Part shown: in pieces, positions 14,401-27,085 of the stretch
How the letters are laid out: every line of letters starts with the position of its first letter
How positions within the stretch are numbered: the stretch's first letter is position 1
Notes under the pieces: model-generated
What the model was told of the DNA's origin: nothing
Database searches by the model: none
Seen by the model: the letters and a program-made list of their open reading frames with translations, nothing else
Origin: Octopus vulgaris
Lineage: Eukaryota
Length of the DNA stretch: 64,000 nt
Assembly (NCBI GenBank): GCA_951406725.2
Contig: OX597821.1
Span: 14,260,001 to 14,324,000 of the forward strand
Direction of reading: 5' to 3'
Program-made: the position numbers and the translations under genes

Positions 14401-16671
14401 TTTAGAGTTGAGTTCTCCCTATTAGGATAATGAATTATCTCTGAAAAGGAATCTACCGTGACAAGAAGCAATCCAATATCATTAATATGGGTATGATTCA
14501 TGAATACACAAGTCTACATATCTAACTACTTGGACAACAAATGAAACCTTTCTTTCAAAAATGTTTTATCTTTGCATATTTTGAACAGCTCTGTATGGAA
14601 TGTTACCCTGTTGAACTTCCTGAATGCTAAACAAGAATGTAATGGATAGTATGATCCAAGTAAGATAGACTAGATGACCTATTTATAAAGTTATTTTAGC
14701 ATTTAAGCAGTTATTTGACATATTTTTTAAATTCTGGAAATGATTTTGCTTAGATTAAATTGCGTTGTGTTTCTGGAGCCAGACTACTAAGGCATAACAC
14801 ATCACTTCTCATCCAGTGCATAAAATTATCATTAACATTATCCAAACTAGCATCCTGCAGGTTTTTCTTGAATAATGTGTCTGGACTACTTTATTTAGTG
14901 TATCCCGTTTTTCAAAAACAGTAGTGATTTGAGGGAGGTTTGTCTGTTAGCTCTAGCACATCAAATGAGCATGATGTGGTTCCCTTGATAATTGCTGGTG
15001 ATTCATTTGAAAAACTAATATATCCTGAAGATTGAATTAAAGAAATAAAAAAAAGACAATTTGGATTATCTTTCATAGATCAAAAGTGAGCTCTTCATTC
15101 ATTATTAATCCCAAAATCTGTCTTTGATTAAAAACTCTATATATACACAGCAGTTTCTCATTAATACTTCTGATCAGATTCTTCTACAAGATTAGTAAGT
15201 TCAAACGCCGACATTTATTTTACAGTCGTTATTATTGTTTGCAATCTTATTTTCATTTCATTGTAACAATGATTCATCAACCCATCTCCTTTTATAAGTT
15301 TTTCCTTGCCTCTAAATAAAGCCCCTTTTTTTTTTGAATCCATCAAAAAAGAGCTTCACTTCCATGATAATGATTTTTAATTATTGCTATTTTCTTAAAA
15401 CTGATGACCCTGCTCTTTTATTTCTAATAGGTCATTATTAGAATATTCACTATTTCTTGTCCAATGCAAAATGCTAAAACTGGTTTCCTTCAGTTGTTCT
15501 TTCTTTACTTTTGCTTAGGAAAATTTATTATATTTTCCATGTAATCATTCAACCATGATAAAATAACTATTATGCATGTTATTTTTGTGTAGTTTATGAT
15601 TGAAGAATTTCATTCAGAAATTACTTAAAATTTTTGTAGCGTATTCATCAGTACCAGTGTGACTGTGTGGTAAGAAGTTTACTTCTCAACCACATGGGTC
15701 TAGGTTCAGTTCCACTGTATGGCACCTCGGGCTAGAGTTGTCTACTAAAGCCTTGTGAGTGGGTTTGGATAGAAGAGAACTGAAAGAAGTTTGTCATATA
15801 TAAATATGTATGTATGTGTGCAAGCATGTTCATGTTTGTGTTTCCTTTACTTGACATTGCACAATAGATGTAAAATGATTGTCACTGTTATACAAGCAGT
15901 GTTGTTCATTTCCACTAACCTGTAAAAACGTATCTGGCCATGAAGAGATGTTACCTTACTTGGAAACAAGTGAGGGTTGGTGACTAGAAGGGCATCTGGC
16001 TATAGAAAATCTTCCTCAAATAAACCCCATCCAACCCACGTAAGCATGGAAAAGTGATGTTAATGTGATGATGACGACGGTGATGACGATGACGATGATG
16101 ATGATTTCTTTGTCTATAGAATAGGTGCATATTATTTTCATGTGCTTTTGTCTTTCGATATTTTTCAATTCAAGTAAGAAACAAAAAACTGACACTCTTA
16201 CAAATAACAAATTATTGTGAATTCGAGTCTTCAAATTTATCATTTTCATAATGTCATTTTAAAGTTTATCAACCACTAAATAATCTCATCAATCACTAAA
16301 TAACAATTAATGTTTCAAATAACAATTATTAAAATATTTTACTATTATTGATTTATTACATTGATTTATTATTTGCAAATCATACATTTTACATTAGATT
16401 TCTTTATCTATATCTTTTAATGATGGCACATGACTTAGTGGTCAGCGTGTTGGGCTCATGATCATAAAGTCATGGGTTCGATTCCTGAACTAGATAGCTT
16501 ATCATGTAAGTGGGCAAGCCAATTAATTTCACATTGCTACAGTGTGTACTGGAGTCGATCTAATCGATTGCACCCCCCACCTCTCCAAAAATGTTGGGCC
16601 TTGTGCCTAAAGTAGAAAAGAATATTGCCTCTATCACTCACTTTATTTTTTATACTAGTATTTATACAATA

Positions 16672-17065
16672 CTAGCAGTATCACCCGGCGTTGCTCGGGT
16701 TTGTAAGGGAAATAACTATATAAGCATTTTTAGAGATGTAAAGTATAATAGCCATCTCAATATGGCTAACCACAAAGGTGGGGTGTTACTGTAGCTTTTT
16801 ACGTTCTGAGATTTAATAATAAATTTTTAGAGAGTTACTTCCCTTAAATATGCCAAAAATGCATTAAAAATGGGGAAAATTGATGGTAAATTTTTTAGAA
16901 TCGTAGACTCATCGTAGATGTGTGCTAATACTCAGAAGGGCTCGATATGAATCACGACTATAAGATACCCGGTTTGGGTTAAACTGCACTGCAAAATGTG
17001 GGAGTAGTTAGGAATTTAAATCGTAGGAGACAGACAGCACACAACCTCACTTTTATATATAAAGA
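16672..17065 (-). mobile_element. Non-autonomous Helitron, family 1
   Basis: 5' TCTTTATATATAAAAG, 3' hairpin cccgagcaacgccggg plus CTAG, A|T target, no TSD. Confidence 0.9.
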
Positions 17066-17434
17066 TATGCAATCCCTTTGTAATCTTCTGAAACATATTG
17101 AAACTTCTGCCACGAGTCCAGTGGGCTTGTTATGAATGAATACTAGCTTAGTGCTTGTGCAGTCCTTTCTCCCTCCAGCTGTGACATCCATGATGTATTA
17201 TTGAATCAAGAATGAGAAGATTAAAAGGATATCTATGTCTGCTTACGACTACATGGACACCTAAAACAATAAATAAAAGCATAGTTCTTGCTTCCTGGTT
17301 ATATTTACATGTGAGTGATGGCTATGCTTTTCTATATCATTTATACCAAGACATCAAAGTAACTTCCAGTATAAAACCAACATAATTCAGACTTACTTAA
17401 TTCAAGAGACAGGACAGTGAGTATATTGGTATAT

Positions 17435-17852
17435 TACTCTTTACTCTTTTACTCTTTTACTTGTTTCAGTCATTTGACTGTGGCCATGCTGGAGCACCGC
17501 CTTTAGTCGAGCAAATCGACCCCGGAACTTATTCTTTGTAAGCCCAGTACTTATTCTATTGGTCTCTTTTGCTGAACCGCTAAGTGACGGGGACGTAAAC
17601 ACACCAGCATCGGTTGTCAAGCAATGCTAGGGGGACAAACACAGACACACAAACATACACACACACACTTATATATATATACATATTTCCGACAGGCTTC
17701 TTTCAGTTTCCGTCTACTAAATCCACTCACAAGGCATTGGTCGGCCCAGGGCTATAGCAGAAGACACTTGCCCAAGATGCTACACAGTGGGACTGAACCC
17801 GGAACCATGTGGTTGGTTAGCAAGCTACTTACCACACAGCCACTCCTGCGCC
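17435..17852 (-). mobile_element. tRNA-derived SINE family A (CORE-like block, internal TA/TG microsatellite, AAAAGAGT-type tail)
   Basis: A-box tggctgtgtgg, B-box ggttcagtccc, ttgggcaagtgtctt; nine well-conserved copies in the window. Confidence 0.9.
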
Positions 17853-18020
17853 TATATTGATGAAAATCTTTATAAAACTATTTATGTATCAAATTCATAA
17901 CAAACCTACTGGACTCATAAATATATGGCAGAAGTTTCAATATGTTTCAGAAGATTACAAAGGGATTGCATATAATGTATAAATACTAATATAAAAAATA
18001 AAGTGAGTGGCAGAGGCAAT

Positions 18021-18457
18021 ATTCTTTTCTACTCTTGGCACAAGGCCCAACATTTTTGGAGAGGGTGGGGTGCAATCGATTAGATCGACTCCAGTACACA
18101 ACCAGTAGTTAATTTATCGACCCCCAAAAGGATGAAAGGTAAAGTTGACCTTGTTGGAATTTGAACTCAGAATGTAAAGACAGATGAAATACTGCTAAGC
18201 ATTTTGCCTGGCATCTAACGTTTCTGCCAGCTTGCTGCCTTAACTTATTCTTTTCTATTCTATGCACAAGGCCCAACATTTTTGGGAAGGGGACCAGTCG
18301 ATTAGATCAACCCCAGTACACAATTGGTACTTAATTCATCAACCCCAAAAGGATAAAAGGTAAAGTCGACCTTGGCAGAATTTGAACTCAGAACGTAAAG
18401 ACAAAATACCGCTAAGCATTTCACCCGGCGTGCTAATGTTTCTGACAGCTTGCCACC
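18021..18457 (-). mobile_element. Two tandem SINE family B copies, tail type 2
   Basis: 18021-18239 and 18247-18457. Confidence 0.85.
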
Positions 18458-18490
18458 TTCAACAAAAGCAGTATTACTGTAAAGAGCTAA

Positions 18491-18940
18491 AATATTAACC
18501 ACTTAAAAGAGGATGTTGTATTAGAACACACAAATACTGTGGTATTTACAAAGAGAGAAAATCTCTTGTATAGTTTTTTGGTGCATAAAAGCACATCATA
18601 GCTATCACCAGTGGCGAACAATCACCAATTCTTCTGCTGCCAGGACTACAAGATCAAGTGATTTTCACCTGATTTGACCCAGTATTTCTAAGTATATTGC
18701 TAGCACAACAGTTATAGCTATTTCCAGCACCAGGGTAACTATCATTGACAAAGCCAAAAGGGGTCAAAATCATGCGATCTGGTAGTCCTGGTAGCAGAAT
18801 TTGTGGTGATTTTCTGCCACTGGTAATAGCTCTGATGTGCTTTTATGCACCAAAAAACCACTTGAGGGCTTTTCTCTCTTCATAAATATTACAGTATTTG
18901 AATGCACTGACTCCACATTCACTTTGAAGTGGTGAATATT
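18491..18940. repeat. Diverged inverted repeat, ~185-bp arms, ~80-bp spacer
   Basis: ttttttggtgcataaaagcacatca is mirrored by tgatgtgcttttatgcaccaaaaaa, and similarity extends on both sides. Confidence 0.85.
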
Positions 18941-20046
18941 CTACTTACAATGTAAGTTTAAACTCTAGTTTGTGAAACTCAGTAACTAGAATTATCATTT
19001 TCTGAGGATTTATGATATATTCATCAGTAATAACTGAGATACTATGCTGTGCCAGAAACCACTCATTACTATCAGGTCCTCAATTTCTATGCCACTGCTA
19101 ATAACATCTCTGCCTATTCCCTATTAACACTGATAGGCCCTTAATTTCATGCTGTGTGTCTCTGTCCACTCCCTATTAACTTTGGTAGATTCTTAGTTTC
19201 ATGTTGTGTGTCTTTGTCCATAATATCAATTTAGCTGAACAGTCTTTGTCCTCAATAAAGGTTTGCTAGTTTCTGAAATATAACATCTGATACACCCTTG
19301 ATGCACAATACATTTAGTAATTGCAAGGATGAGTGGAATATGTCCGTAGATCCCCTCTTAGGTCCTGTGCTTACATCAGAACACATTTTGAGCCTTCATT
19401 AGAAACTAAGCATTTATGCTATCATGGCAATTATGAAGTTCCTTCTTCATGGTTCAGGTTTTGATTCCATAAAGGATAAAGCTCTTCACACACAATATGA
19501 AAAAGATCAGCCTGTTGACAACATATTCATTAATCTCTATATATAATTATAATATATATAAAAAAGCAACTGATTACATTTTAATGAACATAGAAGCTTT
19601 CTCAGTTAAAAGTTTTTAGAGGAACTAGACTTTATGTTTTGTGTTGGCATTTGGTTTGCAAGATTATTGGTGGGAATTTGTATGTTGAAATAGACTTTGT
19701 TGTATCTTGGGAGGGTCATTATGCCAATAATAAACACACACACACTGGTTCTATTTCATTTCTTTTATTATAATTAGTCAATTAGTTAACCATTTTGACA
19801 ATTAACTAGTTGATTATTTGATTAATCGTTCAATTAATTAACTGAACAGTGGCTAACCTGGAAAATACCCCTAAGGGTTTAGTTTATTATATCAATCCCA
19901 GTAATTTATCTGGTATATATTGCATTCATTTCAGATGAGTAAAACGTAAAGTCAGTTTGAATTCAGCATGTAAAGAAACAGTCAAATATTTTGTCCGATG
20001 CACTGTTGATTCTATTCTCTATTCACTAATGCACACACACACATCT

Positions 20047-20082
<36 letters not shown>

Positions 20083-20345
20083 TGTGTGTATGTATGTATA
20101 TATATATATATATATATATGAGGGGTATTGGTATCTATGAGACACAAAGACTGGCAGATAATGCTAAGTAAGTACTATGGACAGACCATAGTTAAACTCT
20201 TGGTTTGATAGTGATTTGAGTGTGGAGTCTAATGTAGGTCTTGTATTAGCATGCATATATATATATATATTAGACAAAATGAGATAACAAAGCCAAAGCT
20301 GTGAGGAGTTTTGAGGACAGTTATAAGGAAAAAGATATAGATATA

Positions 20346-20393
20346 GTCTTACAGCTGTTTCAGGAATATTATAGATATCCCTTCATTAGAGAT
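20346..20393 (-). ncRNA. Hammerhead-like motif with a core mutation, in the left arm of a long inverted repeat
   Basis: Minus strand atct CTAATGA AGGGATAT-ctata-ATATTCCT GAAA CAGCTG TA AGAC. The partner copy at 21545-21581(+) keeps CTGAGGA but has lost GAAA. Confidence 0.55.
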
Positions 20394-21622
20394 GATGTGA
20401 GATGGTTAAATAGAGGTAAATATTTGACTTTGAAATCAGGAGTTATTATGGAAAAGGACAAGATAGGGGATATAGAAAGAAATAAGAGAATAAAAGTAGA
20501 AATAAAAATATATAATATATAAAGATATTGTAGATGCAGTTCCATTATTTGAGGGAAGTAGTGTATAGAAGTGGTAAAAAAGTTTCCTGTACATGGTATG
20601 TAAGTTCCCATAATAGGTCACGTTTAGTTATTTCAAAGTAAGGAGCCGTGGATTGTGTGTTGCTCATTCAAAAGGATCTTGTTGTGTGAATGAAAATTAG
20701 AGTATGTATTGGTAGTATTTGTGGAGAGATGTTTAGAATGAGGAGATAGGTCAAAAAGAAAACAGGAAGAGAAAATAAGAGGAAGAAAGAGAGAAAAAAG
20801 TGAAAAGAGTGAAAAAATTGAAGAAAGGGTGAAAGAAGTGAGAAAAGGAGTTTTAGTTGATGGTCAAGATAATGTGATGGGAAGGATGGGGAATAGTGGG
20901 GGAGGGATAGGGAGAGATGAGAAGGTAAGAAGTGAATAAGTGTGAGATGTGTGAGTAGAGGTGATATGACAGAGCTGTATTAAGGGATGGGTAGAGTAAA
21001 GGTATGGGTGGGGTGTTACCAAAGTGAGTAGTAATTTTAGTAGTAAATTTTAAAGTGAAGGGGAGAATACAAGAATGTCAAATTTCTATGAATAGACCTT
21101 TAATGAACATAGAAGCTTTCACCCTTTCTTCACTTTTTTCACTTTTTTCACTTTTTTCTCTCTTTTTTCTCTCTTTCTTCCTCTTATTTTCTCTTCCTGT
21201 TTTCTTTTTGACCTATCTCCTCATTCTAAACATCTCTCCACAAATACTACAAATACATACTCAAATTTTCATTCACACAACAAGATCCTTTTGAATGAGC
21301 AACACACAATCCACGGCTCCTTACTTTGAAATAACTAAACGTGACCTATTATGGGAACTTACATACCATGTACAGGAAACTTTTACCACTTCTATACACC
21401 ACTTTCTTTGAATAATGGAACTGCAACTACAATATCTTTATATATTTTATATTTTCTTTTCTACTTTCATTTTCTTATTTCCCTTTCTATAATAATTCTT
21501 TATTTCAAACTCAAATATTTACCTCTGTTTAACCATCTGACATCGTCTCTGAGGAAGGGATATCCATTACAGCTGTAAGACTGTATCTATATCTTTTTCC
21601 TTATAAATGTCCTGATAACTGA

Positions 21623-21816
21623 GGCGCAGGAGTGGCTGTGTGGTAAGTAGCTTGCTTACCAACCACATGGTTCCGGGTTCAGTCCCACTGCGTGGCATCT
21701 TGGGCAAGTGTCTTCTGCTAAAGCCCCAGGGCTGACCAATGCCTTGTGAGTGGATTTGGTAGACGGAAACTGAAAGAAGCCTGTCGTATATATCGATATA
21801 TATATATATATATATA

Positions 21817-21874
<58 letters not shown>

Positions 21875-22089
21875 CATGTGTGTGTTTGTGTGTCTGTGTT
21901 TGTCCCCCTAGCATTGCTTGACAACCGATGCTGGTGTGTTTACGTCCCTTAGCGGTTCGGCAAAAGAGACCGATAGAATAAGTACTGGGCTTACAAAGAA
22001 TAAGTCCCGGGGTTGATTTGCTCGACTAAACACGGTGCTCCAGCATGGCCGCAGTCAAATGACTGAAGCAAGTAAAAGAGTAAAGAGTA
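21623..22089 (+). mobile_element. SINE family A, inserted in the fold-back element
   Basis: Full length; ataact repeated at both ends. Confidence 0.9.
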
Positions 22090-22706
22090 TAACTCCTCAC
22101 AGATTTGGATTTGTTATTCCCTTTTTCGTTTAATGTGTGTGTGTGTGTGTGTTTGTATGTGTGTGTGTGTTTGTATGTGTGTGTGTACAGATACACAGAT
22201 CTATGTGTTATAAATATATGATGGACTTCTTAAAGTTTCTATCCACCAATTTCACACACAAACTATAGATCAGCTTGAGGCCACAGTAGGAGAAACCTGC
22301 CTATAGTGCCATGTAGTGGGATTGAACTTGAAACCATGTGGTTCTAAAGTGAACTTTTTAGTCACACACCTATGCCCACATCTATAAAATGTTCGCACAC
22401 ACACACATATATGTGTGTGAATTTGTGAGTGAGTGTTGTTGTATAATGTATATATATATATATATATATATATAGATTCATCCATGCACATCACCATATG
22501 CTCATATACATATACGTGTATGTATGCATATGTGCATGTGAGTGTATATATATATATATATTATTTGGGGAGAGAGAGAGCGAGGAGAGAGGGAGAAAGA
22601 GTAAGTGAAAAAGAGCATTCTTTCACATAGTTATCATCTATCAAACTTCACTGCTAATGCCTTTCTTTGAAATGAGGCTATTGTGGTACCAGATACCAAC
22701 CCATAA

Positions 22707-22937
22707 GGTGGCGAGCTGGCAGAAACGTTAGCACGCCGGGCGAAATGCGTAACCGTATTTTGTCTGCCGCTACGTTTTGAGTTCAAATTCCGCCGAGGTC
22801 GACTTTGCCTTTCATCCTTTCGGGGTCGATAAATTAAGTACCAGTTACGCACTGGGGTCGATATAATCGACTTAATCCGTTTGTCTGTCCTTGTTTGTCC
22901 CCTCTGTGTGTAGCCCCTTGTGGGTAGTAAAGAAATA
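22707..22937 (+). mobile_element. SINE family B (gtcgactttgcctttcatcctttcggggtcgataaa block), tail type 1
   Basis: 19-bp TSD ggtaccagataccaaccca at 22685 and 22938. Confidence 0.92.
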
Positions 22938-23595
22938 GGTACCAGATACCAACCCAAGGTTTTTCTTCACAGGATTGAACCTGGAAACATGTTTGTGAAA
23001 CGTACTTCTAAACGTCACAGTGATACCTTCATCTACTTAAAGCAATACATATAAAGTCATAAATATATTAGCTTTGAAGATAAAAATAGCAATGTTTTGT
23101 GAGGATATTATTATTTTTGTGAGCATATTACCTTATATGAATGCTTAAATGGAGATAAATATTTAGAATCTAAGTCAATAACTGAACTAACTACTTGTAT
23201 GGTTGTAGAAACCCTAGCAATAAGGCAGAAATGAATTTGTTATCTTAGCTCTTGTAATCTGATACTGCAGTACGCCAAGGCTTAAAGAATGCAAAAAAAA
23301 AAAAAAAAAATCTAAACAACCCCCACCTCTCAAAGTCTAAAAAGAAACAAGCAATAAAAATCACTGTTTTCTATGTCATATAATATTTGGATAATTACAA
23401 ACATTTTGGTTGTTCTATCAAAAACAATTTTAGATATGTGTGCAAAATAAACAATATGTAAGTTAGCTCAAATTAAATTTCTATTGAAATAAGACCCCCT
23501 AAACTAAATGTTGTTTATACTAACAGTGTTTATTGCAAGTGAATCAATTGTTTATAAAATTATCTGAGAGGAAGTGAAGCTTGTCAGAACATTAT

Positions 23596-23818
23596 TACAC
23601 TTTTACTCTTTTACTTGTTTCAGTCATTTGACTGTGGCCATGCTGAAGCACCGCCTTTTAGTCGAGCAAATCGACCCCAGGACTTATTCTTTGGATGCCC
23701 AGTACTTATTCTATCGGTCTCTTTTACCGAACCGCTATGTTACGGGAACGTAAACACACCAGCATTGGTTGTCAAGCGATGTTGGAGGGACAAACACAGA
23801 CACACAAACAAATACACA

Positions 23819-23880
<62 letters not shown>

Positions 23881-24051
23881 CATATTTATGACGGGCTTCT
23901 TTCAATTTCCGTCTACCAAATCCACTCACAAGGCTTTGGTCAGCTCGAGGCTATAGTAGAAGACACTTGCCAAAGCTGCCACACAGTGGGACTGAACCCG
24001 GAACCATGTAGTTCATAAGCAAGCTACTTACCACACAGCCACTCCTGCACC
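23596..24051 (-). mobile_element. SINE family A
   Basis: Full-length match to the other copies. Confidence 0.9.
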
Positions 24052-24494
24052 TATACACACTTTAAAAAAAATCCAAAATATATAATGGTATACATTATAT
24101 AACTGTAAGAATGCTAATATGTTCAAGGAAAATTCTATTTAAATGAAAATGAAAATTATGTGTGTTTCACATAATTTAACACTAAAGAATATTGATTGGT
24201 ACAAGTAAAATATGGAACTACTGGAAAAGAGTAAGAAAAGAAAGCAAAGACATCTAATCGTAGTTTAAAATAAACCAAATTTTTTATAGATTTAATAAAT
24301 GTTTTATTAAATCAAAAGTTTTTGTTTAACTAAATGCACTTGCAAACAAACATGTATGATATTTAGTAAAAATTTAGTTTTAAATTTTGTTGTCTAACTG
24401 GATATAGTAAAAGAAAAGATATGTTGTGTCATGAAATAAAGAAAAAGTATCTAATGTGTCAGTGATAACCATACCTGGGAATGTTGAGAAACTA

Positions 24495-24496
<2 letters not shown>

Positions 24497-24553
<57 letters not shown>

Positions 24554-25128
24554 TAATACAGGCAGAGGCTCTCATGGCTTCTGATCTTAACTGATTGGAA
24601 GTGTTATCATGTACATTGTTTTGTCTTGGTATAAAAGATAGGCTACAGCAAATATTCTGCTCAATACCACAGATTTGCTTGTCAGTTGTTTGAGCTTAAC
24701 CAGTTGAGCATGTCCCTTAATGGCTGACGATATGTGCATCTCTGATCATGAGCAGAAGTAGTGGGGGAGCATCATAGCCGTGTGTTGAGACGGATTCTTT
24801 GGGGTTTGAATAATTCACCTCTGGAAACATGGGTGGTTCTTTCAACATCCTTAAGCAACCCTTATTCAGGGACCTTTCGAGTGGGATGGGTTACTCGACC
24901 TGAAGAAAATTCTAACTGGGCCCCACCTGCAAGGTCATGTGCTGTTTATCTTGATATGAAATTACCATGTCGCGCACATATGGTTGTGATGCATGTGCCT
25001 AGTGTACCCTTATCAGACGGGTAGTCATGATGGGTATACTGGGCTTCGTATATTTTACCCCAGTGTCACTTTGATGGCATGCACTGCTCTCTTACTCAAT
25101 AATAATAATAATAATAATGATGATGATG

Positions 25129-25182
<54 letters not shown>

Positions 25183-25408
25183 GTAATAATAATAATCCTT
25201 TCTGCTATAAGCACATGGCCTGAAACTTTTGGGGGAAGGGGATAGTCGATTGCATTGACCCCATCCCAGTACTCAACTGGTACTTATTTTATTGACCCCG
25301 AAAGGATAAAAGGCAATAATAATATCCTCACACCTTAGAACATGAAGACAGGCAAAATTTCGCTAAGCATTGCACTCAGTGTGCTAACAATTCTACCAGC
25401 TCACTGCC

Positions 25409-25466
<58 letters not shown>

Positions 25467-25483
25467 TGATGATGATGATGATG

Positions 25484-25518
<35 letters not shown>

Positions 25519-25644
25519 TATAATAATAACAATAATAATGATAATAATAATAATTTTACCCCAGTGTCACTTTGATGGCATAAACGGCTCTCTCATTCAA
25601 TAATGATAATAATGATAATGATAATGATAATGATGATGGTGATG

Positions 25645-25696
<52 letters not shown>

Positions 25697-25784
25697 TAAT
25701 AATAATAATGATAATAATAATAATGATAATAATAATAATGATAATAATAATAATAATAATAATTATAATAATAATAATAATAAT
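24497..25784. repeat. Four long (AAT)n/(GAT)n arrays separated by inserted elements
   Basis: Direct reading. Confidence 0.95.
24569..25098 (+). mobile_element. ~530-bp non-coding repeat bounded by (AAT)n arrays
   Basis: Other copies at 47691-48432, 48449-48620 and a 3' fragment at 25554-25597; those reaching the 3' end run into (AAT)n. Confidence 0.8.
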
Positions 25785-26192
25785 TTTCTGCTAGCAATAA
25801 CTATGCCTTGGATACATCTCATTGGCCATGGTACCACCTCTGCTACAACAAAATAAGAAGTACTAAAAGGACATGAAGAAACACTATGCAACAAGGGACT
25901 ACTCAATCAATTCCATGTAGCAACAACTGAAGTTGCTGGAAAATCTAAGTTTGAAGAAAGGAACACTGAAAAAAAAAAAACTGAGAACACCAAACTGGCA
26001 GCGCAAGACTAAGCTTTGGTCATAAATTGGAGAGTGATCCTTAGGAATGAGCAAGTGTCTCCACTGTGCTAAATCTGTGATAGAGTTGACAAAACCATTG
26101 CAAATATTGGGAATGAATGTCCTATACTTGCCCCAAATCATTATAAGTTGTGGTGACACAAAGAAACAGTGAAAGTGATACACTGGAAACAA

Positions 26193-27085
26193 CCGTGATC
26201 CCTCGCTACTTTGTGGTTCAACTATCACGGATTCATGACTTCGTGGATTTTTAAAATATACTAGCAGTATCACCCAGCGTTGCTCGGGTTTGTAAGGGAA
26301 ATAACTATATAAGCATTTTTAGAGATGTAAAGTATAATAGCCATCTCAATATGGCTAACCACAAAGGGTGGGGGTGTTACTGTAGCTTTTTACGTTCTGA
26401 GATTTAATAATACATTTTTAGAGAGCTACTTCCCTTATATATGCCAAAAATGCATTAAAAATGGGAAAAAGTTGATGGTAAATTTTTTTTTAAATCGTAG
26501 ACTCATCATAGACGCGCGCTAATACCCAGAAGGGCTCGATATGAATCACGACTATAAGATGCCCGGTTTTGGTTAAAATGCACCGCAAAATGTGGGAGTA
26601 GTTAGGAATCTAAATCGTAGGAGACAGACAAGCACACAACCTCACTTTTATATATAAAGATATATATGAACACCTAAAATTTTTCATTAAATCCAATAAA
26701 ATATTAATAATAAAAATTATTTCCTAGTCCAGGAAAAAACAAGCGTAAAATAGCAAAAAAACGTATACGGGGGTATTTGAACTTAAGACGGGCTGTGATT
26801 GGTGCATTGGAGAGAGACGACGAATCACAGCTTTGTATTTTGTAATCTTGTCTGCGTAATAGTAACAATCTTTATTTTTTTAAATCTAAAGTGTTATTGC
26901 TTAACAGTTGTTCTTGTTATCAATAGGCTACTGTAAAGGGTGGGTTGTTGACAGTACAGGGAGGGTTTTAAAAGTCCAAATACATGTTAAATAAACACTG
27001 TAAATATGGTGTCCCTACTTCGCGGAAATTCAGTTATCACAGCTGGTCTCGGAATCAATCTACCGCAATAAACAAGGGATCACTG
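26193..27085. mobile_element. Tigger/pogo-like MITE inserted in an R4/Dong LINE
   Basis: TIRs ccgtgatccctcg / caagggatcactg|ta. Removing it (left TA copy reads aa) restores HWKL-YKKWG in frame. Confidence 0.8.
26261..26660 (-). mobile_element. Non-autonomous Helitron, family 1, nested in a MITE
   Basis: Same TC...CTAG termini and body as 16672-17065. Confidence 0.9.

Larger units (their letters stand above)
16543..18100. repeat. Local inverted duplication (16543-16671 plus 17066-17138 versus 17893-18100)
   Basis: A SINE tail plus unique flank (gcctct..cactcactttatttttt.., atgcaatccctttgtaatcttctgaaacatattg) is present in both orientations. Confidence 0.85.
20270..22133. mobile_element. Penelope-like fold-back element: inverted arms ~20270-20835 and ~21116-21620 plus 22091-22133
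   Basis: The arms are reverse complements, giving the mirrored MGTYIPCTGNF pseudo-ORFs. The element begins after (TA)n, and a SINE interrupts the right arm. Confidence 0.7.

Noticed and set aside
17624-17860. Recurrent ORFs (MLGGQTQTH..., CHAVGLNPEPCGW) that look like a gene family
   Set aside because: Antisense frames of SINE family A; frames vary with microsatellite length.
19117-19221. ~52-bp tandem duplication
   Set aside because: Ordinary diverged local duplication with no further structure seen.
20369-21578. Paired MGTYIPCTGNF ORFs
   Set aside because: By-product of the inverted repeat; low complexity and frames differ.
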